A stretch of DNA of 64,000 bases from an uncultured Chloroflexia bacterium (GTDB lineage: Bacteria; Chloroflexota; Limnocylindria; Limnocylindrales; CSP1-4), in contig CAVTHS010000003.1 of the NCBI GenBank assembly GCA_963734535.1, positions 288,001-352,000 on the forward strand, written 5' to 3'. Both the position numbers and the translations under genes were made by a program. Under the pieces are notes generated by a model. It was not told the DNA's origin. It searched no databases and saw nothing but the letters and a program-made list of their open reading frames with translations. Of this stretch, positions 10,735 through 20,193 are shown one piece after another (within the stretch, counting starts at the first letter, position 1; each line of letters opens with the position of its first letter).

Positions 10735-11741
10735 TGGGGGGCATCTGGGTCGTCGGCGAGGTCGACGCGGCCGGCGCGCTCACGAAGCTCTCCGGCGAGG
10801 CAGCGACGGCGGCTCGGGCCCTCGGCGAGGCCGGGGGTCGTCGACGTGCGCGGGGTGATCGTGGCTGCCGAGCCCGATGGCGCGGCGGCGAGCCTGGCGA
10901 CGTTCCTCCCGGTCGTCCTGGCGGTGCGCTCCCCGGAGACGCTGGAGCTGACGGCGGCGGCAGCGATTGCCGCGCGGGTCGCGGCGCTGGTCGACGGCGG
11001 CGGCGGAGCCGCCGTCGTACCTCGTGGTGGGCGCGACACCCGATGGCCGCGACATCGCGGGGGCGCTCTCTGCCCTCCTGGGGGTCGGGGTGCTCGTGGG
11101 CGCCACGGGCCTTGCCTGGGGGGACGCGATGCCGGGGGCGTGCCGGCCGGTCCGCGGGTGCGAGATGCAGCCGTTCGGCGGGCGGATCGTGACCACCAGC
11201 GCCTTCACCGGGGAGCGGGGGATCATCCTGCTCCGCCCGAACATGGTCACGGCGGAGCCGCTCGGCGGCCCCCGGCCGGGTGGAGGCCGGGGCGGATGTC
11301 GAACGCCTCGACGTGGCGCCCGTCCGCGTCGTCGAGCGCGTCGTGGCCCCGTCCGCCGGCCCGAGCATCGAGGAGGCCAGCGTCATCGTCTCCGGCGGCC
11401 GGGGCGTGGGCGGGCCGGAGGGGTTTGCCGGCCTGGGAGAGCTCGCGGGGCTGCTCGGCGGCGCGGTCGGCGCCACGCGCGCCGCGGTCGACGCCGGCTG
11501 GGTCGACTATTCCATCCAGATCGGCCAGACCGGCAAGACCGTGAAGCCGGCCGTCTATCTCGCGTTCGGGGTCTCAGGGGCAATCCAGCACAAGGTCGGG
11601 ATGCAGACCGCCGAGACGATCATCGCGGTCAACCGCGACCCGGATGCCCCGATCGGCGAGTTCGCGGACCTGTTCGTGGTGGCGGACCTGGCGGCCGTGG
11701 TCCCTGCGCTTGCGGCCGCGCTTCGCGCGCGGGCCGGATAG
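10734..11741 (+). CDS. etfA: Electron transfer flavoprotein alpha subunit (about three frameshifts, ~10840, ~11005, ~11280)
   Basis: IVSGGRG, VGATRAAVDAGW, QIGQTGKTVKP, GVSGAIQHKVGM, AVNRDPDAPI; N-terminal half split across frames. Confidence 0.88.
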
Positions 11742-11752
11742 GGCGACCGACA

Positions 11753-12319
11753 ATGACGGAGACGCTCCTCTTCACCATCCCGCTCCTGCTCTTCGCCCTG
11801 CTGGCGGTCAGCTTCGTGCTGGTCCTGCGCCGTGCCGCACGCGTCGTGGCCCAGACCCGGGAGCTGGACGGCTTCCGGCTGTCGGCGGGCGATCTCGCCA
11901 CCCGGATCGCGGCGAGCCTGCTTGGCGCCGCCGAGCGGATCGACGCCGTGCGCCGCGGGCAGGTCGCGGCGGACACGATCGTCGAGACGCTCGAGGCCGC
12001 CCGAGACGGGATGGCGCGCTACCGCTCGGAGACGGAGGCGCTCGTCGCGCCGGCCGGATACGGGCTGCTGCGGGACCGGCTCGGCGAGGAGCTGGATCGC
12101 GCGGCGCGCGCGTTCGACATGGTGGACCACGGATGCGCGATGCTCACCGCCGCGAGCGTCGGCCGGGCGCGCAGCGCGGAGGGGCAGACGGCGATCAAGC
12201 GCGGCTATCTCAACATCCTCCACGCCCGCGAGGCGATCGAGGAGATCGCGACGAACCTGCGCTCGCCGCGGCCCTCGAGGAGCGCGCCCCGCTGGTTCAG
12301 CGGCCGATCGACCGAGTGA
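11753..12319 (+). CDS. Hypothetical protein with N-terminal TM and helical domain
   Basis: MTETLLFTIPLLLFALLAVSFVLVLRR, GC3-rich codons. Confidence 0.7.
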   Translation: MTETLLFTIPLLLFALLAVSFVLVLRRAARVVAQTRELDGFRLSAGDLATRIAASLLGAAERIDAVRRGQVAADTIVETLEAARDGMARYRSETEALVAPAGYGLLRDRLGEELDRAARAFDMVDHGCAMLTAASVGRARSAEGQTAIKRGYLNILHAREAIEEIATNLRSPRPSRSAPRWFSGRSTE

Positions 12320-12418
12320 CGGCGATTCGGCGGATTCGCGGCGGTCGTGGAGCGCGGCGTCGCCGGCGCCTCCACGGCCTCCGATGGGCCGCTATGTCGT
12401 GGTATCGTGGCCCAGGCA

Positions 12419-12434
12419 CCACAAGATGTAGTGG
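12419..12434. promoter_or_regulatory. NrdR box
   Basis: CCACAAGATGTAGTGG matches acaCwAtATaTwGtg; lies downstream of a TGgTATCGT extended -10 and upstream of nrdR. Confidence 0.8.
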
Positions 12435-12455
12435 TCACGAGCGGAGGAGTGGCCG

Positions 12456-12935
12456 ATGCACTGCCCGCAGTGCGAGTCGCGTGACTCGCGGGTGGTGGAC
12501 TCCCGCGACCTCGAGGACGCGGCGACGATCCGCCGGCGGCGCGAGTGCCTGGCCTGCGGGACGCGCTTCACGACCTACGAGCGGATCGAGGCCGCCAGGC
12601 TCGTGGTGATCAAGCGCGACGGCGTCCGCCAGGAGTTCGATCGCGAGAAGCTCGCCGCGGGGCTGCGCAAGGCGCTCACGCGGCGGCCGGTCCCCGACGG
12701 CGCGGCCGAGCGGGCGGTCGACGAGATCGAGGTCGCGCTCCGTGCGGGCGGCATCTCGGAGGTCGAGTCGGCGCGAGTTGGCGAGCTCGCCATGGAGAAG
12801 CTCCGGGCGTTCGACCACATCGCCTATATCCGCTTCGCAAGCGTCTACCAGAGCTTCGAGGACCTCGCCACGCTCAAGCGCGAGGTGGACTGGCTCTTCG
12901 CCCAGCGCGAGATCGACCCGGAGCTGGCGCGGTGA
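12456..12935 (+). CDS. nrdR: Transcriptional repressor NrdR
   Basis: [29 protein letters not shown]; ATP cone; AYIRFASVY. Confidence 0.97.
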   Translation: MHCPQCESRDSRVVDSRDLEDAATIRRRRECLACGTRFTTYERIEAARLVVIKRDGVRQEFDREKLAAGLRKALTRRPVPDGAAERAVDEIEVALRAGGISEVESARVGELAMEKLRAFDHIAYIRFASVYQSFEDLATLKREVDWLFAQREIDPELAR

Positions 12936-13531
12936 GCGTCCTGGCCGACCGCGACATCCGCGCCGAGCTGGAATCCGGCCGCGTGCGGATCGAGCCATAC
13001 GATCCGGTCGACCTCCAGCCGAGCTCGGTGGACCTTCACCTGGACCGGAGCTTCCGCGTCTTTCGCAACAACCGCTACGCGTTCATCGACGTTCGCCAGT
13101 CGCAGCCTGACCTGACCGAGCTCCTCTCGATCACCGACGACGAGCCGTTCATCCTTCACCCGGGCGAGTTCGTGCTGGGCCAGACCGTCGAATGGGTGGA
13201 GCTGCCCGACGACCTGGTCGCCCGCCTCGAGGGCAAGAGCTGTCTTGGCCGTCTCGGCCTGCTGATCCACTCGACGGCGGGGTACGTGGACCCGGGCTGG
13301 AAGGGCAACCTGACCCTCGAGCTCTCGAACGTGGCGAGCCTCCCGATCGCGCTCTACCAGGGGATGCGGATCGGCCAGATCAGCTTCTTCCGGATGTCGA
13401 GCCCCGTCGAGCGGCCGTACGGCAGCGCCGGGCTCGGGTCCAAGTACCAGGGCCAGAGTGAGCCCACGGCGTCGGCCTTCCACCGCGACTTCGCGGCAGG
13501 TCGCCGGCGCGGCCCCGACGCGGCGGGCTGA
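12932..13531 (+). CDS. dcd: dCTP deaminase
   Basis: [58 protein letters not shown]; GTG overlaps nrdR stop. Confidence 0.95.
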   Translation: MSVLADRDIRAELESGRVRIEPYDPVDLQPSSVDLHLDRSFRVFRNNRYAFIDVRQSQPDLTELLSITDDEPFILHPGEFVLGQTVEWVELPDDLVARLEGKSCLGRLGLLIHSTAGYVDPGWKGNLTLELSNVASLPIALYQGMRIGQISFFRMSSPVERPYGSAGLGSKYQGQSEPTASAFHRDFAAGRRRGPDAAG

Positions 13532-13540
13532 CGGGTCTCC

Positions 13541-14401
13541 GTGGCGCTCAACGACGCCGTCCACTGGTCGGCCGATCTCGGCGCAGGGGTGCGTGTCGCG
13601 CTGGTCCAGGCGGGGACGTTCCGCTCCGATGCCGGCGCCCTCTTCGGGCCGGTCCCGCGCGTCCTGTGGGGGAGGCTCGTCGCCGACGAGCTCGACGCCG
13701 AGAGCCGGCTCCTCCAGGCCCTCAACTGCCTCCTCATCGAGACGCCGGCCGGCCGGGTGCTCGTCGAGACGGGCATCGGGGAGCGACTCGACGAACGCGG
13801 CCGAACCTGGCGTGGCCTTCTCGGCGATCCGATCGTGCCGACGCTCCATCGGGCGGGCTTCGACCCGGCAAGCGTCGACATCGTCGCGATGAGCCATCTC
13901 CACTACGACCATGCCGGCGGGCTCCTGCGGGCCGACGGGACGCGCGCCTTCCCCCGGGCGCGAATCGTGGCGCAGCGGGCCGAGTGGGAGATCGCCCTGG
14001 ACGCGAACCCGCGGATCGTGGCCTCGTACGATCAGCCCGAGCTGCGGCTCGTCCGGGAGTGGGGGAGCGCGGGAGCAGCCGACGGCGAGGTGGAGCTGCT
14101 GCCGGGCGTCTGGGCAGTCCCGACCGGCGGCCACACGGCCGGCCACCAGGCGGTCGTGGTACGGTCGCCGGGCCGGACGCTCGCATTCCTGGGGGATATC
14201 GCGATGCGGCCCTGGTCGGCGAACCCGCGCTGGATCCCGGCCTTCGACGACTTCCCGCTCGACTCCGTGGCCTGCAAGGCGACGCTCTTCGCGCGCGCCG
14301 CCGAGGAGCGCTGGACGGTGGTCCTCTCGCACGAGCGGGAGCGGCCGGTGGGACGCCTGGTGCCGGATCGGGATCGATTCGCCTGGGAGCCGCTCGTCTA
14401 G
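13541..14401 (+). CDS. MBL-fold metallo-hydrolase (YtnP-like)
   Basis: DAGALFGPVPR, SHLHYDHAGG, GGHTAGHQ, LGD, SH. Confidence 0.88.
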   Translation: MALNDAVHWSADLGAGVRVALVQAGTFRSDAGALFGPVPRVLWGRLVADELDAESRLLQALNCLLIETPAGRVLVETGIGERLDERGRTWRGLLGDPIVPTLHRAGFDPASVDIVAMSHLHYDHAGGLLRADGTRAFPRARIVAQRAEWEIALDANPRIVASYDQPELRLVREWGSAGAADGEVELLPGVWAVPTGGHTAGHQAVVVRSPGRTLAFLGDIAMRPWSANPRWIPAFDDFPLDSVACKATLFARAAEERWTVVLSHERERPVGRLVPDRDRFAWEPLV

Positions 14402-15132
14402 GGCTGCGATGTCGGAGGCCCGCCGCTCGGGGCGTCCGACGAGCCGGCGCCCGCGGGTGGAAGCCCCGCGAGCGCGAGGCTAGCGGCGGCGATCGCGGTG
14501 TCGACCGGTCCCTGGACGATTGCCCGGATGATCCCGTCGGCATCCAGGAAGATCTGCGTGGGGAGCCCGTAGACCCGGTAGCGGCGGAAGACGTCGCCGG
14601 CCAGGTCGGCCGCGACCGTGTAGTCGAGGCCATACTTCGCGGCATACGCCCGCACGTCGTCGACCGTCGATTCCTGGACGCTGACGGCCACGAGCGCGAG
14701 GCCCCTCGGCCCGTACGCGGCGAAGGTCTCGCGCAGGACCGGCGTCTCGGCCTGGCACGGCGGGCACCAGCTGGCCCAGAAGCTGATCCAGACTGGATGA
14801 CCGCGAAGGTCGGCGAGCCGAACCGGGGCGCCCGCCAGGTCCCGGAGCGGAGCCGCCGCCCCGTCGGCGCCGAGGACCTCCAGCTCGGGGGCGCGGTCGC
14901 CCACCCGCAGCCCGTCGACAACCGGCCCGATCGCGAACTGCGTCGGCTGCGCGGCGATGCCGGGGGCCGGCACGGAGGCCAGCGGCGCGGTCGCCACGAC
15001 CAGGATCGCGGCGGCGATCACGACCGTCCCGAGCGCGGCGGCGAGCTGGCGACCAGTGAACGGCCCGACCAGGCCGCGGCGCGGGTCGGCCGTCGCCGGC
15101 GTTTCGCGTTCCTCTGGCGACGGGGACGGCAT
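14398..15132 (-). CDS. TlpA/ResA-family thiol-disulfide oxidoreductase
   Basis: TM then FWASWCPPCQAETP, YRVYGLPT. Confidence 0.9.
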   Translation of the reverse strand: MPSPSPEERETPATADPRRGLVGPFTGRQLAAALGTVVIAAAILVVATAPLASVPAPGIAAQPTQFAIGPVVDGLRVGDRAPELEVLGADGAAAPLRDLAGAPVRLADLRGHPVWISFWASWCPPCQAETPVLRETFAAYGPRGLALVAVSVQESTVDDVRAYAAKYGLDYTVAADLAGDVFRRYRVYGLPTQIFLDADGIIRAIVQGPVDTAIAAASLALAGLPPAGAGSSDAPSGGPPTSQP

Positions 15133-15137
15133 CCCGG

Positions 15138-15968
15138 TTAGACGCCCGGCGCCAGGCGCGCGAGCAGCGTCAGCACGTCGAAGACCATGGCGAGGCCGAT
15201 TGTGACCACCAGGAGCCCACCGATGGTGCTGACGGCGCGCCCGTGTCGGACCAGCGGCCTGATCACGGCCGGTGCCCGGTCGTAGATGATCGCGAGCGCA
15301 ATGAACGGGAGGCCCAGGCCCAGGCTGTAGGCGAAGAGGAGGAGGCCGCCCTGGAGCGTCTGCCCGGACGACGCAGCCACCGTCAGGATCCCCCCCAGGA
15401 TGATCCCGATGCAGGGGGTCCAGCCCACCGCGAAGACCACCCCGAGGCCGAACGACGCGAGCCACCCGCCGCGCCCGCCGACGAGCCTTCCGCCCACCCG
15501 TTCGCCGAAGCCCCGGCTCCCGTCGCGTTGCGAGCCGAACGAGACCGTGCCGCTCGACCGGGCAAGCTGGCCGGCGGCCCCCGACTCCAGCGGCCGCCAT
15601 GTCCGCTGGAAGACGCGCTGGATGGCGGGAAGCGTCAGGATGCCGGCCAGGTTAAGGCCCATGACGATCAGGACGAGGCCGCCGATCGTGCGGAGCGTCG
15701 GCAGCAGGTCGTAGAGGCCGCCGCCGATGAACGACGCGCTGACACCCAGGAACGTGAATACCGAGGCGAACCCCACCACGTAGGCCAGCGAATGGCGGAC
15801 TGCCAGCCAGCGCGACGAGCCGGCCGCGGCCGGCCCTTCGCCGCGGACGACGGCCACCACCGTCAGCTGCCCGATGTAGGCGGGAACGAGCGGCAGCACA
15901 CAGGGCGAGACGAAGCTGATGATGCCGGCCCCGAACGCGAGCAGGAGCGTCAGGTCGGACGCGGGCAT
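15138..15968 (-). CDS. ccdA: Cytochrome c biogenesis protein CcdA
   Basis: AGIISFVSPCVLPLVPAY; GWTPCIG; YSLGLGLPF. Confidence 0.92.
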   Translation of the reverse strand: MPASDLTLLLAFGAGIISFVSPCVLPLVPAYIGQLTVVAVVRGEGPAAAGSSRWLAVRHSLAYVVGFASVFTFLGVSASFIGGGLYDLLPTLRTIGGLVLIVMGLNLAGILTLPAIQRVFQRTWRPLESGAAGQLARSSGTVSFGSQRDGSRGFGERVGGRLVGGRGGWLASFGLGVVFAVGWTPCIGIILGGILTVAASSGQTLQGGLLLFAYSLGLGLPFIALAIIYDRAPAVIRPLVRHGRAVSTIGGLLVVTIGLAMVFDVLTLLARLAPGV

Positions 15969-15972
15969 GCGG

Positions 15973-16338
15973 TCAGCTGTCCCGGCCGGAGCGCGGCTCC
16001 AGGTGGCCGGCGATCTCACCATCGTCCATCGCCCCGGGGCCGCCGGTGGCTGGGCCATCGAGGGCCGCGGACAGGAAGGCGCGGACGGCGCCGGCCCGGA
16101 TGGCGAGTGGCAGCCGGTGGTCGCCGTAGTCCAGGACGGGGATCTGCTCGAGGAGCTCGCGCTCGACCGCGGGATCGTCTGCGATGCGGCGCTCCACGAG
16201 GGCGGGTGTCCGGCGCCCGGCGGCCGCGCGCTCGGCGAGCAGCGCCGTCACGAGGATCCGGGCGTCGTCGCACAGGTGGCATCCGTCGCCGCGCCACAGC
16301 ACGAGCTCGGGGAGCGGGTTCGGGGAGGGCTGATCCAT
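15973..16338 (-). CDS. Glutaredoxin-like protein (DUF836 type)
   Basis: GCHLCDDAR, IADDP..L..IPVL. Confidence 0.8.
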   Translation of the reverse strand: MDQPSPNPLPELVLWRGDGCHLCDDARILVTALLAERAAAGRRTPALVERRIADDPAVERELLEQIPVLDYGDHRLPLAIRAGAVRAFLSAALDGPATGGPGAMDDGEIAGHLEPRSGRDS

Positions 16339-16448
16339 CGCGCGGCATTCTACGGCGCGCCCGGGCTGGGAGTGGCCGGCGTCCCAGGTCGACGCCACGG
16401 GCCCCGGGCGTCGCGGCGCCGCAGGGCTGCTGTACGATCGATGCCCAC

Positions 16449-16524
16449 GCCCCCGTAGCTCAGTGGATAGAGCGAGGCCGTCCTAAGGCCTGCGTCGGCG
16501 GTTCGAGTCCGTCCGGGGGCGCCA
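16449..16524 (+). tRNA. tRNA-Arg(CCT)
   Basis: Cloverleaf: GCCCCCG/CGGGGGC acceptor, D arm GCTC-AGTGGATA-GAGC, anticodon stem AGGCC/GGCCT with loop GTCCTAA, TTCGAGT T loop, encoded CCA. Confidence 0.93.
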
Positions 16525-16610
16525 CTTCGTGCCCAACCCACGAGCATCCGCGACGCGTCCCGGTGCCTGCGCCTCCGCAGCCCTCCTCAACCCGTGCGAT
16601 GCTACCGGGC

Positions 16611-16994
16611 GTGGCCGGTCCCCCGAACACGGACGAGACCCGCATCGACCGCTGGCTGTGCGCGGTGCGCCTCGTGAAGACGCGCCCGACGGCGACGCAG
16701 CTATGTGACGCTGGCCACGTCCTCGTGAACGGGAACGCCGCGAAGCCCTCGACGAAGGTCCGGGCCGGCGACCGGGTCAACGCGCTGATCACCGGCCGCG
16801 AGCGCATCGTCGAGGTCGTGCGGCCGATCGAGTCGCGGGTCGGTGCCCCGGTCGCCGTGACGTGCTACGTGGACCACAGCCCGCCGCCGGTGGTGACGGA
16901 GGTCCGGCCGGGGATCATGGCTGTCCGGGGCGAGGGCCGGCCGAGCAAGCGCCTCCGCCGGGAGCTGGAGCGCCTTCGCCGGGCCGACGCCTGA
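16611..16994 (+). CDS. hslR: S4-domain RNA-binding protein (Hsp15-like)
   Basis: TRIDRWLCAVRLVKTR..GHVLVNG..KPS..VRAGD; GEGRPSKR.RR. Confidence 0.85.
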   Translation: MAGPPNTDETRIDRWLCAVRLVKTRPTATQLCDAGHVLVNGNAAKPSTKVRAGDRVNALITGRERIVEVVRPIESRVGAPVAVTCYVDHSPPPVVTEVRPGIMAVRGEGRPSKRLRRELERLRRADA

Positions 16995-17101
16995 GCGCCG
17001 ACCTGCCGCGGCTTCCACGGGTGACGGCTGAAGGCTTGAGAGGGAGAGCGCCCCGGGGAGTTCGCGTGGCTCGCCGAGCCCGACGACCGCGTGGGCACCG
17101 G

Positions 17102-17320
17102 TCACGCTTCCCCGGCGACGCGGCCTGTGCCGGCATCGGCGAGGGTGGTCCGTCCCGGCACCACATCCTCGAGCAGGATCCGAAGCAGACGCTCCGGCTC
17201 CTCGTAGATGGGGCTGTGGGCCGAGTGCTCGAACGAGTAGAACCCCACGATCGGCGCCCGCAGGACCGCCGCGTACCTCTTGGCTTGGCCGTAGGAGACC
17301 GTCCAGTCGTGGCGCGCCAT
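17102..17320 (-). pseudogene. C-terminal remnant of an alpha/beta hydrolase
   Basis: HDWTVSY..LRAP..FYSFEHSAHSPIYEEPER resembles the catalytic Asp/His end of a hydrolase; no N-terminal part upstream. Confidence 0.65.
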
Positions 17321-17327
17321 CGAACGG

Positions 17328-18351
17328 CTAGCGCCAGCCGAGCTCCGGGGCGACGTACCTGAGGATGCTCTCGATCGCGTGAGCGTTGTACTCGACCCCG
17401 AGCTGGTTCGGGACCGTCAGCAGGAGCGTGTCCGCCGCCTGGATCGCCGTGTCACCGGCGAGCTCCTTGACGAGGACGTCCGGCTCCGCGGCGTACGACC
17501 GCCCGAAGATCGCCCTGGTCTGCGGCGTCGATATAGCCGACCTTGTCCGACGCCTGGTTGCCGCGTCCGAAGTACGCTCGGTCGCGGTCGTCCACCAGCG
17601 CGAAGATGCTCCGGCTGACCGACACCCGCGGCTCGCGCTCGTGCCCGGCAGCGGTCCATGCATCGCGGTACCGCCGGATCTGTTCGGCCTGGAGCTCATG
17701 GAACGGCACGCCGGCATCCTCGGTCAGCAGCGTTGACGACATCAGGTTCATGCCCTGTTTCCCCGCCCATTCGGCCGTGGTGCGGGATCCCGCGCCCCAC
17801 CAGATGCGGTCGCGCAGCCCGGGCGAATGCGGCTCGGGGCGAAGGAGACCGGGCGGGTTCGGGAACATGGGGGAGGGGTTCGGCTCGGCAAACCGGGTGC
17901 CGGCCAATGCCCCGAGGAGCACCTCGGCGTGCCGGCGCGCCATGTCGGCGTCCGTCTGGCCATCGGACGGCGCGTACCCGAAGTAGCGGAAACCGTCGAT
18001 GACCTGCTCGGGCGAGCCCCGGCTGATCCCGAGCTGCAGGCGGCCACCCGCGATCAGGTCCGCGGCACCCGCATCCTCGACCATGTACAGCGGGTTCTCG
18101 TAGCGCATGTCGATGACGGCCGTCCCGATCTCGATGCGCGTGGTGCGGGCTCCGATTGCGGCCAGGAGCGGAAACGGCGAGGCAAGCTGCTGGGCGAAGT
18201 GATGGACCCGGAAGTAGGCGCCGTCGCCTCCGATCTCCTCGACCGCCTCGGCGAGCTCGATCGATTGGATGAGCGCGTCCGCCGCCGTGCGCACCTGCGA
18301 GTGGGGCGACGCCGACCAATGTCCGAATGACAGGAAACCGATCTTCTTCAC
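17328..18351 (-). CDS. LLM-class flavin-dependent oxidoreductase (frameshift ~17520)
   Basis: MKKIGFLSFGHW, YFRVHHFA, IEIGTAVIDMRYENP, GISRGSPE; C-terminus FGRSYAAEPD..LLLTVPNQLG..VAPELGWR in shifted frame. Confidence 0.9.
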
Positions 18352-18455
18352 TGGCCGAGTCTAGGGCCTCCGCGCATGCCGTCTTGCGATGCGTCCTCAG
18401 CCGAGGGTCCCGAAGGTCCCGCGGCCGGCCGGTCGACTGGTCCGGATCGTCGTGC

Positions 18456-19608
18456 TCAACCGAGCGCGGCCCGCAGGGCTCCGTCGAGATCGGACCAGAG
18501 ATCCTCGACGTTCTCGATGCCGACCGAGAGGCGGCACAGGGTGGGGCCGACGATGGAGGCGTCGCCGGAGTATCGCGCGCGGCGCTCGATCAGCGACTCG
18601 ACGCCCCCGAGGCTGGTCGCGTGCGTCAGCAGGCGCAGACGCGCCAGGAATCCCTCCGTCTGCTCGACGGTGCCGGCGACCTCGAAGGAGAGCATCGACC
18701 CACGACCCGTTCGGCAGCACCCGCAGGGCGCGCTCGTGCTGCGGGTCGCCGGGCAGGCCCGGGTAGTTCACCGTCGACACGTGGGGGTGCGACGCCAGGC
18801 GGCGGGCCAGCTCGGCCGCCGATGCCTCGGACCGGTCGAGCCGGACGGCCAGCGTGCGCAGCCCGCGCAACGCGAGGAACGCCTCGAGGCCGCCGGGGAT
18901 GGCGCCATGGTCGTGGCGGTGGGCTGCCAGGAAGTCCGCGTGCGCGTCGGCCCGGCACACCGCCGCGCCCAGCAGCAGGTCCGAGTGGCCTGCGATCAGC
19001 TTCGTCGCGCTGTGCAGGACGATGTCCGCGCCGAGGTCGAGTGGACGCTGGCGCAGCGGCGTCGCGAACGTCGCGTCCACCACGGTGATCGCGCCCCGCT
19101 CGCGCGCACCCGCGGCGATGGCGGGGACGTCGGCGACCACCATGAGCGGGTTGGCGATGGACTCCACCCATACCATGTCCGCCCCGTCTGCCGCGGCGAG
19201 CACGGCGGCGCTGTCGTCCGCAGGGGTCATGCGGAGGTGAAGGCGGCCGCGCGCCGCCATCCGCTCGAAGATGTTCCGCACGCCGTAGTACGTCACCGAG
19301 GACAGGACCACGGTCCCGCCCGGCGGCACGAGGTCGGCGATCGCGGTCGCCGCGGCGAGGCCCGACGCGAACGTCACGGCCCGGCCGCCGTCGAGCGCGC
19401 CGAGCGCGGTCTCAAGCACGGCCCACCCGGCGTTGCCGTCCCGGCCGTACTCGATGCTGGCGTCGTGGACGTACGTCGAGCTCAGCGTGATCGGCGCGTT
19501 CACGGGGGCACCGGGCACGCGCGCGGGTCGGCCTGCCTGCACGGCGACGGTGTCAGCCGTCCACTCCGGGTCCAGGGTCAACGCGGCGGAGTACCCCGAC
19601 TCGCTCAT
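18456..19608 (-). CDS. Cystathionine gamma-synthase/lyase family PLP enzyme (frameshift ~18700)
   Basis: YGRDGN, FASGLAA, ESIANP, VVDATFATP, HSATKLIAGHSD, ATSLGGVESLI, RLSVGIE. Confidence 0.9.
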
Positions 19609-19817
19609 GAGTGGCTCTCCTTCAGGCGCGGGGTGCAGTGAGGACGCGTGCCGCCGTCTCGACGGCACCGTCCGGATCGCGAAGGCTACATCGCCGGACG
19701 TGCACGGGCGGTCCTGACCATCGCGATCGCCCGGTGCTCGCCGTTCTCGGATTGGGAAGCGCACCTGGCACTACGGGCGTCGTCCGCCTCTCGACAGCCC
19801 GACGACGTCGCGCCCAT

Positions 19818-19833
19818 CCTGACGCTGGTCACG
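19818..19833. promoter_or_regulatory. CRP/FNR-like box (CCTGA-N6-TCACG)
   Basis: Same half-sites with a different 6-nt spacer at 45052-45067, at the same distance from a paralogous ATG. Confidence 0.35.
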
Positions 19834-19854
19834 AAGTGCGGGAGGTGGCGGGAC

Positions 19855-19980
19855 ATGCAGGACGCAGATCTGTTCCTGTCGCTGGCGGGGATCGCCGGCG
19901 TGTTCGTCGGCTTCGGGGCGCTCATGAGCGTCAGGAGCGGCGGCCCGAGGGTGGCTGACGAGGTCTCGAGCATCCGCTGC
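19855..19980 (+). pseudogene. 5' fragment of the membrane-protein family at 43789-45030
   Basis: MQDADLFLSLAGIAGVFVGFGALMSVRSGGP..EVSSIR nearly identical to the 44506-45030 N-terminus; similarity stops after about 41 codons. Confidence 0.8.
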
Positions 19981-20193
19981 TCTGAGTCAACGGGTCGGTA
20001 CCCCGATCCAACTCTGCTACAACGCGTCGCGGTCGTAGCCCGAGGATTTCAGCGCGGCTGGTGCCGGGACGCACAAATCGCGACCAACGCCTGACGTGCT
20101 CGGTACTAGCGAGTGAGGTTCCGGGCACGCCGGCGCGGTTAAGGTCAACGTGCCGCGCAACCGCCAGTCGATTGCGCCATTGTCGAGTGCAGC

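Noticed and set aside
1994-16338. Functional link between the ASST-like gene and ccdA/TlpA, by analogy with assT-dsbLI
   Set aside because: 11 kb apart with unrelated operons between; CcdA/TlpA is a reducing pathway.
19609-19770. SAM riboswitch upstream of the trans-sulfuration enzyme
   Set aside because: No SAM-I/IV hallmarks (ATCxAGAG, GCAACC, GGTGCxAA in order) on the minus strand.
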